Shown one piece after another: positions 14,727-22,234 of a DNA stretch of 35,207 bases (position 1 is its first letter; each line of letters begins with the position of its first letter). The DNA lies in assembly GCA_964355785.1 (NCBI GenBank), contig CAYHEU010000001.1:1-35207 (forward strand), given 5' to 3'. The notes under the pieces are model-generated. The model was not told the origin of the DNA and did no database searches. It saw nothing but the letters and a program-made list of their open reading frames with translations. The position numbers and the translations under genes were made by a program. The stretch comes from an uncultured Candidatus Saccharibacteria bacterium. Lineage in GTDB: Bacteria > Patescibacteriota > Minisyncoccia > UBA6257 > 2-01-FULL-56-20.

Positions 14727-14737
14727 ATTATATTATA
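14727..14737 (-). promoter_or_regulatory. Candidate -10 element(s) for the 98-aa gene
   Basis: Minus strand reads TTGTATAATATAATC, giving two overlapping TATAAT hexamers. These lie directly after the upstream terminator and about 35-40 nt before the ATG at 14693. Confidence 0.35.
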
Positions 14738-14763
14738 CAATAAAAAGCCCCGAATGGGGCTTT
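14736..14763 (-). terminator. Rho-independent terminator (minus strand)
   Basis: Minus strand reads AAAGCCCC-ATTC-GGGGCTTT followed by TTATTG. It overlaps the TAA of the 58-aa ORF. Confidence 0.7.
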
Positions 14764-14938
14764 AGTTGATATGGAATCTGCGCTGCCAGTCGCGAGGCGG
14801 AATCCGACTCACTTGATCTACTTCTCTTTGAAGCTCTTCCCGAATCCGGCGGGCGCGTTTCGCGATCTCCGCGATCCTTTTTGGGGAAAGCTTCTTTACT
14901 CTTAGCAACCCCTTCGGAATATTCCGCGGTTTCTTCAT
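14762..14938 (-). CDS. Small highly basic protein (58 aa), absent from the supplied ORF track
   Basis: Hand translation: MKKPRNIPKGLLRVKKLSPKRIAEIAKRARRIREELQREVDQVSRIPPRDWQRRFHIN*. ATG lies 4 nt after GGGGAGGTG, with a terminator at the stop. The overlapping 80-aa track ORF (14733..14975) has no RBS and low-complexity sequence. Confidence 0.6.
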   Translation of the reverse strand: MKKPRNIPKGLLRVKKLSPKRIAEIAKRARRIREELQREVDQVSRIPPRDWQRRFHIN

Positions 14939-15104
14939 CAATCACCTCCCCGAAGATCTGCCATAAGAATATCATAAAAAAAGACCGCTGGGTGAGCCAG
15001 GTAATTAAAAATAACAGCGATTCGCATAAACCATGAGCTTGTTTTTTTATATCTTTCGTATATGGTAATTAAAGATACTTTTCGCGAAAGGAGGTGATCG
15101 GGAG

Positions 15105-15344
15105 GTGGAACACGAAGAAATTGTGAGACGAGCGAACGAGATTGTAGCGCCATACGGTCTCCAAGCAGAAATCCTCGGCGACATTCATTCTGTAGGAGTA
15201 GGAGGTGACCATCGCACCTATACGCCAGTGGTGAACCTCATTGGCACTCACCCAGGAGACGAAGTTCTCGCCAGACTCTCTACGGAGATCGGGAACAAGC
15301 TCCCAATCAACCGTATCACATTCCAGTTCGCAACGAAATCTTAG
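15105..15344 (+). CDS. Stand-alone GMP synthase C-terminal (dimerisation) domain protein, 79 aa
   Basis: HSVGVGGDHRTYTPVVNL and LARLSTEIGNKLPINRITFQF match the GuaA C-terminus (…SVGVMGDxRxY…VxLR…; …RVxNxI…VNRVVYDI). GTG start 10 nt after AGGAGG, with a terminator downstream. Confidence 0.7.
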   Translation: MEHEEIVRRANEIVAPYGLQAEILGDIHSVGVGGDHRTYTPVVNLIGTHPGDEVLARLSTEIGNKLPINRITFQFATKS

Positions 15345-15353
15345 AGCTTTGAC

Positions 15354-15384
15354 GGAGTGGTGAAATTCACCGCTCCGCTTTTTT
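15354..15384 (+). terminator. Rho-independent terminator
   Basis: GGAGTGGTGAA / TTCACCGCTCC stem (one G-U pair) followed by GCTTTTTT. The U-tract overlaps the convergent tatD stop. Confidence 0.7.
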
Positions 15385-16213
15385 ACAAACCAAAAATCTG
15401 CTTCGCATTCTCAAAAATCCGCCTTTTCATCTCCTCCACCGAAACATTTTTAAGTTCCGCCAATTTTTTAACGACTTCAACCACATACGACGGTTCGTTG
15501 CGTTTACCACGATACGGAGCCGGAGATACGTATGGCGCATCGGTTTCGCTTAATATCCTATTCATAGGGAGCATCTTAATAACTTCGTCGTAATCGCGGG
15601 CGAATGTAATAACTCCGCCGAAAGTAAACAAAAATCCCATATCCAAAAGTGTTTTAGCGTCTTCTTTCGTACCGCTAAAGAAGTGAATGATGCCAGGATT
15701 GGGACGATTTAAGATTTTAGATTTAAGATTTAAGATTTCAATTAAATCCGCGAATGCCTGGCGACAATGGATCATCAACGGCTTCTTTACCTCGTTCGCA
15801 AGCTCAATTTGTTTTATAAATGTTTCGGCCTGTTTCTTCTTCGTTTCCTCGCCCAGACGGTAATAATCCAAACCACATTCCCCTATTGCCACAACCTTCG
15901 GGTCAGCGGCTAATTTTTTATAATAGTCGTAATCAAACGCTTCCCCGCGACTCGTAAATTCTTTCGCTTTATCGTCTGCGCCCAATTCTTTTATATCGTG
16001 ATAGGACTTCTCCGTATGAATTGGATGAAGCCCAATTGCAGCATAGACACCTTCTTTATACAAATTCGCAACCTCAACCGCTTTTTTTGAGGTATCTCTC
16101 TGCGTTCCGACATTCACTATCCAAACATTATTTCCGAGCGCACGGTCAATTACATCTTTCCGGTCCTCTTCGAATGCGGCAAACTGAACGTGGGTGTGGG
16201 CGTCAAAATACAT
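15383..16213 (-). CDS. tatD: TatD-family metal-dependent hydrolase/DNase
   Basis: 276 aa. MYFDAHTHVQF (HxH), IGECGLDY, LMIHCR, GIIHFFSG and SETDAPYV are canonical TatD motifs. Confidence 0.9.
   Translation of the reverse strand: MYFDAHTHVQFAAFEEDRKDVIDRALGNNVWIVNVGTQRDTSKKAVEVANLYKEGVYAAIGLHPIHTEKSYHDIKELGADDKAKEFTSRGEAFDYDYYKKLAADPKVVAIGECGLDYYRLGEETKKKQAETFIKQIELANEVKKPLMIHCRQAFADLIEILNLKSKILNRPNPGIIHFFSGTKEDAKTLLDMGFLFTFGGVITFARDYDEVIKMLPMNRILSETDAPYVSPAPYRGKRNEPSYVVEVVKKLAELKNVSVEEMKRRIFENAKQIFGL
15706..15740. repeat. Five tandem heptamers (GATTTAA-like) inside the tatD coding sequence
   Basis: GATTTAA GATTTTA GATTTAA GATTTAA GATTTCA, encoding …EILNLKSKILN… on the minus strand. Related to the TAGGATT arrays found at gene boundaries. 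Confidence 0.75.
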
Positions 16214-16222
16214 GCGAGAATA

Positions 16223-16248
16223 TAGGATTTAGGATTTAGGATTTAGGA
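16223..16248. repeat. Heptad-periodic stop array (TAGGATT x3-4) at the metG/tatD junction
   Basis: Plus-strand TAG at 16223, 16230, 16237 and 16244. Minus-strand TAA at 16229-31 (the metG stop), 16236-38 and 16243-45. Exact 7-nt period on both strands. Confidence 0.85.
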
Positions 16249-17683
16249 AACGGGGAAAAAGATTTTCACCCTTACTAACTTTTAAAATCTTACCTGACCA
16301 ATTGATATTTTTGGTTATCTTTTCTGAAGTTTCCGGCAGAAAGGGCCTAAGAAGCGCGGCGACGTTATCCAGCATTACGACCAAATTAAACACCGCCTCG
16401 CGATCGTTTGTTTCCCAGGGTTTTTTGGCGTTTACATATTCATCTCCAAAAGCGATAAAATCCCAAATTTTCCCGAGTGCCTCATGAAACTTAAATTCTG
16501 CTATTTTTTGTTCCACAGCACTTTTGGTTTCCGTGATTGTTTTCTCAACCTCCCCGGCAACCTTGGTCCCGCCGTCCAGATCTTCGTATTTCGAGGCTAA
16601 GGCCATAACGCGCGCGGCGAAATTGCCCAAACCATTGGCCAGATCGCCGTTATATCGTTCCTTAAACTTCGCCTCGGAAAAATCCCCGTCGTCAGCCGTC
16701 GGAATCTCGCGGAGCAAATAGTAACGGACTGCATCGACTCCGTATTTTTTAACCAGATCAAACGGATTAACAACATTACCGATCGTTTTCGACATTTTCT
16801 GCCCCTCTACCGTGACAAATCCGTGGACAAAAAGTTTTTTAGGAAGTTCGAGATTGGCCGCGAGAAGCATCGCGGGCCAAATTGCCCCATGAAATCTCAG
16901 TATGTCTTTTCCTATCACCTGCACGTCGGCAGGCCACCATTTTTTGTAGTCGTCGTTTCTCCCGTAGCCGATCGCCGAGAGATAATTCGTGAGCGCATCG
17001 CACCAGACATACATCACCTGGGCTTCATCCCCCGGAATGGGAATTCCCCACTCCAAACTCTTTTTCGATCGCGAAAAACTCACATCCTCAAGTCCGGCAT
17101 TGATGAGCGAGAGGATTTCGTTCTTTCGCCATTCCGGCACGATTTGGAACTCTCCGCTTTGTATCCGCCTCTTTATCTCGCCAGCGTAATCCGAAAGTTT
17201 GAAAAACCAATTCTCTTCTTCTATCACTTCCGGTTCGCGCTGGTGATCGGGGCACCTTCCGCCCACGAGCTCCTTTTCCGTAATGAACGCCTCGTGGCCC
17301 ACGCAGTACAATCCTTTGTATGTTCTCCTTTCAAGCTTCCCTGCTTTCTCGAGCGAGAGCCACATCGCTTGGGCGCCCGGCCAATGGCGCTCCTTATCTG
17401 TCGTGCGGATAAAATCGTCGAAAGAGAGGTTCAACGCTTCCTTGAATCCCCTGAACTTATCCGCGATCGCGTCCACAAATTCCTGCGGCTCTTTGCCCGC
17501 CGCCGCGGCGGCGCGCACAATTTTCGTTCCGTGCTCGTCAGTGCCGGTCAAAAATAAAACTTCGTCACCCTTCCCACGATGGAATCTCGCGAGCACGTCG
17601 GCCTGTATTTTTTCGAGCGCGTGCCCAATGTGGGGATCGGCGTTCGCATAATCAATTGCGGTCGTTATATAGAACTTTCCCAT
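16229..17683 (-). CDS. metG: Methionyl-tRNA synthetase (short form, no C-terminal tRNA-binding domain)
   Basis: MGKFYITTAIDYANADPHIGH (HIGH), KMSKTIGN (KMSKS) and WCDALTNY. Start placed at M30. The 29-codon upstream extension to 17770 overlaps the preceding gene. Confidence 0.95.
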   Translation of the reverse strand: MGKFYITTAIDYANADPHIGHALEKIQADVLARFHRGKGDEVLFLTGTDEHGTKIVRAAAAAGKEPQEFVDAIADKFRGFKEALNLSFDDFIRTTDKERHWPGAQAMWLSLEKAGKLERRTYKGLYCVGHEAFITEKELVGGRCPDHQREPEVIEEENWFFKLSDYAGEIKRRIQSGEFQIVPEWRKNEILSLINAGLEDVSFSRSKKSLEWGIPIPGDEAQVMYVWCDALTNYLSAIGYGRNDDYKKWWPADVQVIGKDILRFHGAIWPAMLLAANLELPKKLFVHGFVTVEGQKMSKTIGNVVNPFDLVKKYGVDAVRYYLLREIPTADDGDFSEAKFKERYNGDLANGLGNFAARVMALASKYEDLDGGTKVAGEVEKTITETKSAVEQKIAEFKFHEALGKIWDFIAFGDEYVNAKKPWETNDREAVFNLVVMLDNVAALLRPFLPETSEKITKNINWSGKILKVSKGENLFPRFLNPKS

Positions 17684-17687
17684 TTGT

Positions 17688-18716
17688 CTATGCAGCGGCC
17701 CCTTTCGGTCTTTTCTTGCTGGACCACTCCTCGATAACTTCTTGGAATACCGCCGCAGCGGGCACCGCAATAATCATCCCCAGGAAACCGGCGACCTCGA
17801 CACCGATTAAGAGCGCAATGATCACGATCACAGGATGGAGCCCCACCGAGCGGCGCGTCAGAATCGGTACCAAGAGATTGTTTTCAAGCTGTTGAATGCC
17901 CAGAAAAACAAAAAGAGTGTAGAGCGCAAGCGGCACCGAGGTGCTGAGCGCTACGAGGACCGCCGCTGCGCCCGCCAAAATAGGACCCACAAAAGGCACG
18001 ATTTCGAAAACTGCCGCAAGTACCGCGAGAAGGAAAGCGTGGTTAACGCGGAGCGCGACGAGTGCCACCCACACGACAAGCCCGACCACTAAACTCAAGA
18101 TAACCTGGGTCTGGAACCATCTCCCTATCTGTTTCTTTGATCGCTCGTATATGCGGAGCGCCGTCTCCTCGGAACTTGCGGGAAGAACCGCGCGGATGAA
18201 GCGTTCAATCCCGTCGCGGCTCAAAGTCAAATAAAATGAGCTTACAAAAACCGCGATCGCGAGCCCCAGCCCTCCCAAAACCTGTGAGAATATGCCGAAG
18301 GGAGAAACTCCCGCGCTCTTCGAGAAAAGATTCGTCGAAATCGTGCTCACGAGGTTATTGATCGACTCAAGAACTTTTGTGTTCACGATCGGCCCAATAC
18401 CAAGATCTTTCGCAGATTGATTAAAACTTACCATCACGCTGTTCACTTCGGTGATAAGCAGGGGAACGATCGTGTAGAGAAAAAGTATAAGAAAGAGAAT
18501 TATAAGGAGGAAAACGAGGATGACGCCGAGCGATCGAGGAAGGCCACGCCGCTCGAAAAAGTTGACGAGCGTATCCAAGCCAGTAGAAATCACGATCGCA
18601 AGGAAAAGGCCGAGTAAGACCTGCCGGCCGAGGAACATAAAAAGGACGAGTAAAAAGAAGAAAAAGGCCCGCCAGAGCGTCTGCCACGAAATTTCAACGT
18701 TGATTTTGTCCTTCAT
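17688..18716 (-). CDS. AI-2E family transporter (PerM/UPF0118-like permease)
   Basis: 342 aa, multi-TM. …IVPFVGPILAGAAAVLVAL… and …GLHPVIVIIALLIGVEVAGFLGMIIAVP… are typical of the family. 4-nt overlap with the upstream M16 gene. Confidence 0.85.
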   Translation of the reverse strand: MKDKINVEISWQTLWRAFFFFLLVLFMFLGRQVLLGLFLAIVISTGLDTLVNFFERRGLPRSLGVILVFLLIILFLILFLYTIVPLLITEVNSVMVSFNQSAKDLGIGPIVNTKVLESINNLVSTISTNLFSKSAGVSPFGIFSQVLGGLGLAIAVFVSSFYLTLSRDGIERFIRAVLPASSEETALRIYERSKKQIGRWFQTQVILSLVVGLVVWVALVALRVNHAFLLAVLAAVFEIVPFVGPILAGAAAVLVALSTSVPLALYTLFVFLGIQQLENNLLVPILTRRSVGLHPVIVIIALLIGVEVAGFLGMIIAVPAAAVFQEVIEEWSSKKRPKGAAA

Positions 18717-19981
18717 ACCTTCAATATCTTCTTAAACGGCGCTTCGTTTTTGTAGGGGCCGATCACGGCGAGATTCAAGTTGCGGGGGTTAAAAATCGCC
18801 CGCGCGATGCTCCGTATCTCCTCGGCACCCACCTTCTGTATCCGCCGGATGAGTTCCCTGGGCATAATAAAGGATCCCGTAAGAATTTCCTGGCCTCCGT
18901 AGAAAGTCGCGAGATCGTCGGCTCCCTCAAGAGAAAGCATAAGGTTTCCGCTCAAATGATCCTTCGCTTTTTGAAGTTCTTCCTTCCCCACGAGCTCGCT
19001 CTTCACACGACCGAACTCTTCGAGAATCGCCTGAATCACCTTCCCAATCTTTGAGTGATCGACGCCGGAGGACACGTCAAATGACCCATGATCAATAAGG
19101 AGATCCGCTCCCGCACGGATATAATAGGCGGCTCCCAGTTCTTCGCGTACTTTGTGAAAAAGCCGGGAGCTCATGCCGCCGCCCAAGACATCCGCAAGGA
19201 GCTCAATTGCATACCTCCGCTTATCAAAAACGTCGAACGCACGAACGCCGATCACGAGATGGCTCTGGTCTGACTCTTTATGCTTTAAAAGTACGCGGGG
19301 CTTGTTCTGTTCCAGCGTTTTCGTCTTCACCTTTCCAATCTTTTTTGCGCGAGGCAAATCCCCGAAAAATTTCTTTACCTGCGTGAGCATCTTTGTCTTA
19401 TCAAAATTTCCCGCAATAACCACTACCGTCTTCGGCGCAACGTAATGAAGCGAACGATATTTCATGAAATCTTCGCGCGTGAGGCTCCGAATCACCTCTT
19501 TCCGCCCCGCAATATCCCACCCTGCCGGCTGATCGCCATAGAGAAGAGAGGTAAAAAGCTCTTGCACGCGCCGCATCGGCGTGTCTTCATACATATTAAT
19601 CTCCTCAATCACCACGCCGCGCTCCTTGTCGATTTCTTGCGAATTGAAGACGGGATTCAAATAAAGATCCGATACGATCTCAAGTATCTTGCTCGCTTTC
19701 TCGCTTCTCACCTTCGCCCAATACCCGGTATATTCCTGGCTGGTGAACGCATTCGATTGCGCTCCCAGTCCGTCAAGCTCGCGCGCAATCGTTCCGGGCT
19801 TCGGTCGGTTCGTCGTTCCCTTGAACGTCATATGTTCCAAAAAATGCGAGAGGCCGTTCACTTTTTTCGTTTCATACTCGGATCCCGCCTCAACAAGAAT
19901 AAGCACCGTCGCCGCCAAGCTTGACGGCGCGTGAACAGTAATGAGTCGGAGGCCGTTTCTGAAGATCGTTTTCCGGGTCAT
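18713..19981 (-). CDS. M16-family (pitrilysin/insulinase-like) zinc peptidase
   Basis: 422 aa. Inverted zinc motif HFLEHMTFKGT (HxxEH) plus a downstream Glu region. Confidence 0.85.
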   Translation of the reverse strand: MTRKTIFRNGLRLITVHAPSSLAATVLILVEAGSEYETKKVNGLSHFLEHMTFKGTTNRPKPGTIARELDGLGAQSNAFTSQEYTGYWAKVRSEKASKILEIVSDLYLNPVFNSQEIDKERGVVIEEINMYEDTPMRRVQELFTSLLYGDQPAGWDIAGRKEVIRSLTREDFMKYRSLHYVAPKTVVVIAGNFDKTKMLTQVKKFFGDLPRAKKIGKVKTKTLEQNKPRVLLKHKESDQSHLVIGVRAFDVFDKRRYAIELLADVLGGGMSSRLFHKVREELGAAYYIRAGADLLIDHGSFDVSSGVDHSKIGKVIQAILEEFGRVKSELVGKEELQKAKDHLSGNLMLSLEGADDLATFYGGQEILTGSFIMPRELIRRIQKVGAEEIRSIARAIFNPRNLNLAVIGPYKNEAPFKKILKV

Positions 19982-19991
19982 TCCCTACATT

Positions 19992-21416
19992 CTAACCCGC
20001 AATCGTGTCAATGTCAGCTTGAAATCTCGTGGCCCGGCTTACTATCGCTTCCCCATAGGTCCAAAGGTATCTTTGCCACCTGCCGCCGGCGTAATACCTC
20101 GCCGCCGCAATCCGTTCCTTACTCACCGTCGCGTTTGCGGCTCCTGCGTCCTTCAAATAAAGTGCGGTCGCGACGAATGCGTCCGCATTATTCCACGGAG
20201 ATGCAGGCGAGCTCCCGGTAACCTGGGAAACCTTGTTCCGATAGAGCATCCATGTCGAAGGAATAAACTGGGCGGGACCCATCGCACCCCCATAAAATCC
20301 GTCCTTATTTGCGCAGGAAATCGTGATCGTATCGGGATTAATCCCCAATTCTCTCGTAATCTCAAGAAAAATCGGCTGATTCGATGGGCTCATCGAGGTT
20401 TTATAGTTGCACCGCCCGACGTTCTGCCCGAGTGCGGACTCGCGGTCGAGCACCGCCAAGATGAGGGCCGCGCGGACTCCCGTGGCGCTTGAAGCAAGTT
20501 TTGCGTACTGGTACGCCTGCTCAAAGGTAAGTTCTCCACCACCCAAAAGTTGGAAAAGCCGGCTTCGTATCTGTGCCGCGGTTTTTTTGGTTTCCTTAAG
20601 AAGCGTTTGATATTTGGATTCCTGCCCCTTCGTTGCAGCAAGCAGGGTGTCTTTTTCTTTTCTTGTCTTCTCCGTTTCGAGCCTCTGCGCCTCCTGATAG
20701 CCCTTTGCGCTCGTCGCATCTGCTCGCACAACCGCGAGCTGTGTTTTCTGCTCATTAAGCTCTTCACTCAGGTTCACCGCCTCCGCAAGCACCGTCTGTA
20801 AATTACTTTGAAGGAGCGTTACGTTATTCAAGTCATCGAAGAAATCCGAAAGTCGCGGCCGCTCAAGAAAAATTTCGATAAGACTTGCTTCCCCTTTTTG
20901 GTAGATGTCCCTCAAAAGAACCCTGAGCGACTCTCGGTTATTCCGAATTCCGTCTTCGGTGATTACAATCTGTTCCTCGGTCTCGACAATCTTGTCATCA
21001 AGCTGGCTCAAGGTGAGATTGATGGCCTTAATCTGGAGGTTAAGTTTCGAAATTTTGCTGTTTAAAAGCGATAGCTGGTTTTTGAGCGTACTCCCCTGCT
21101 TTTGATACGCGGTAATTTGATCTTCGTATTGATCAATTTGGCCCTCAAGTTCTTTGAGTTGATTTTCAAGCGCCCGCCGCTCTTCGACGCTCGTCGTGCT
21201 CGCAGAAGAAAGCTGGAAGGTAGGTGCCGCAACCGAGCCCATAATGAGGGAGAGCGCCGCACCCGAAACGAAAAAGAGTTTTAAAAAACTATAGAACGGA
21301 ACTCGCACTACTCTTACGACCGGACGGAGATTCACGCGTGATGCAAGGATCCGGCGAGTGCTTCTCCCGGCATGCGAAACATCCTCTAATATTTTTGGTT
21401 TCAAATGCCGAAACAT
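19992..21416 (-). CDS. Secreted coiled-coil protein with C-terminal lytic transglycosylase (MltB/SLT_2-like) domain
   Basis: 474 aa. TM/signal segment, about 250 aa of heptad coiled coil, then [10 protein letters not shown]…[14 protein letters not shown]…[15 protein letters not shown]. The true start could lie downstream of 21416. Confidence 0.75.
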   Translation of the reverse strand: MFRHLKPKILEDVSHAGRSTRRILASRVNLRPVVRVVRVPFYSFLKLFFVSGAALSLIMGSVAAPTFQLSSASTTSVEERRALENQLKELEGQIDQYEDQITAYQKQGSTLKNQLSLLNSKISKLNLQIKAINLTLSQLDDKIVETEEQIVITEDGIRNNRESLRVLLRDIYQKGEASLIEIFLERPRLSDFFDDLNNVTLLQSNLQTVLAEAVNLSEELNEQKTQLAVVRADATSAKGYQEAQRLETEKTRKEKDTLLAATKGQESKYQTLLKETKKTAAQIRSRLFQLLGGGELTFEQAYQYAKLASSATGVRAALILAVLDRESALGQNVGRCNYKTSMSPSNQPIFLEITRELGINPDTITISCANKDGFYGGAMGPAQFIPSTWMLYRNKVSQVTGSSPASPWNNADAFVATALYLKDAGAANATVSKERIAAARYYAGGRWQRYLWTYGEAIVSRATRFQADIDTIAG

Positions 21417-21449
21417 TCCCCAATATACGAACGAAGGGCCTACGGAAAA

Positions 21450-22109
21450 TTACTGTTCCGCTTTTTCGCTCTCCGCTTTTTCACCCACCCGCTCTGCTTT
21501 CTTCTCTTCCGTTTCAACCTTCACGGCGCTCACATCCACCGGCTCAACAACTTTTTCTTCCTCCTTCACAGGAGGCATTGCAGTTACAATCGCCGTGTCT
21601 GGCTCGGTCAGGACTCTTACGTCGGGCGACACCCGAAGATCACGCACATAAATACTTTTGCCAAATTGATCGAGAACCTCGAGATTTACCTCAAACGAGT
21701 GGGGTAAATTTCCCGGAAGCGCTTCAACCTCAACATCGGCGAGCGTCTTATTGAGGAGTCCTCCCTGCTCTTTGACTGCAGGCGCCTCGCCCACGAAAAC
21801 GATCGGCACGGGAACCTTAATCTTTTCATCTATCCGTATCTGATAGAAATCAACGTGGCTTATCTCCCCGGAGAGATAATCGCGCTCTACATCGTGCACA
21901 AGCGCGGGTTTTTTCTCTTTTCCGACAACAAGATTGATCACCGTGTTCTCCCCGGCAACTCTGTATACCTTCTCGAAATTCTTTGCGTTTAGGGCAAGAT
22001 GAAGATTTTCCACTCCGCGCCCATAGAGCTCCGCGGGAACGAGGCCTTCTTTTCGGAGCGCTTTATTCGCTTTTCCAAATTTTTCCCTTGTTTCTACGGC
22101 TAAATCCAT
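21450..22109 (-). CDS. rplY: 50S ribosomal protein bL25 (Ctc form)
   Basis: 219 aa. REKFGKANKALRKEGLVPAELYG… N-terminus, two-domain length and an acidic/Lys-rich tail. Confidence 0.85.
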   Translation of the reverse strand: MDLAVETREKFGKANKALRKEGLVPAELYGRGVENLHLALNAKNFEKVYRVAGENTVINLVVGKEKKPALVHDVERDYLSGEISHVDFYQIRIDEKIKVPVPIVFVGEAPAVKEQGGLLNKTLADVEVEALPGNLPHSFEVNLEVLDQFGKSIYVRDLRVSPDVRVLTEPDTAIVTAMPPVKEEEKVVEPVDVSAVKVETEEKKAERVGEKAESEKAEQ

Positions 22110-22162
22110 GCGAGAAGCATAGCAAAAGAACGAATTCGACGCAACCTCGCCCTTATAAGAAT

Positions 22163-22234
22163 TAGAGAGTAGCTTGTAGCCAGTAGTGAGTAGGAAGAAC
22201 TTTTGATTTTCTACTTACTACTCTCTACTTTCTA
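22163..22234. repeat. Cargo-less inverted pair of heptad TAG arrays
   Basis: Left arm has plus-strand TAG at 22163, 22170, 22177, 22184 and 22191. Right arm has plus-strand CTA (minus-strand TAG) at 22211, 22218, 22225 and 22232, the last being the thyX-like stop. About 17-nt spacer. The reverse complement of the right arm, GCGAGTAGAAAGTAG, is identical to 15 nt of the left arm at about 9473-9487. Confidence 0.85.

Noticed and set aside
17684-17770. N-terminal extensions of metG (to 17770), leuS (to 13881), rpiB (to 31078), the tkt C-subunit gene (to 28200) and the 28291 gene (to 28953), as given by the ORF track.
   Set aside because: The extensions overlap upstream genes or terminator hairpins, or use TTG starts. 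Internal starts reproduce the conserved family N-termini (MGKFYITTAIDY, MKYDFKRIEKYW, IIYFGADHRG) or have a better SD.
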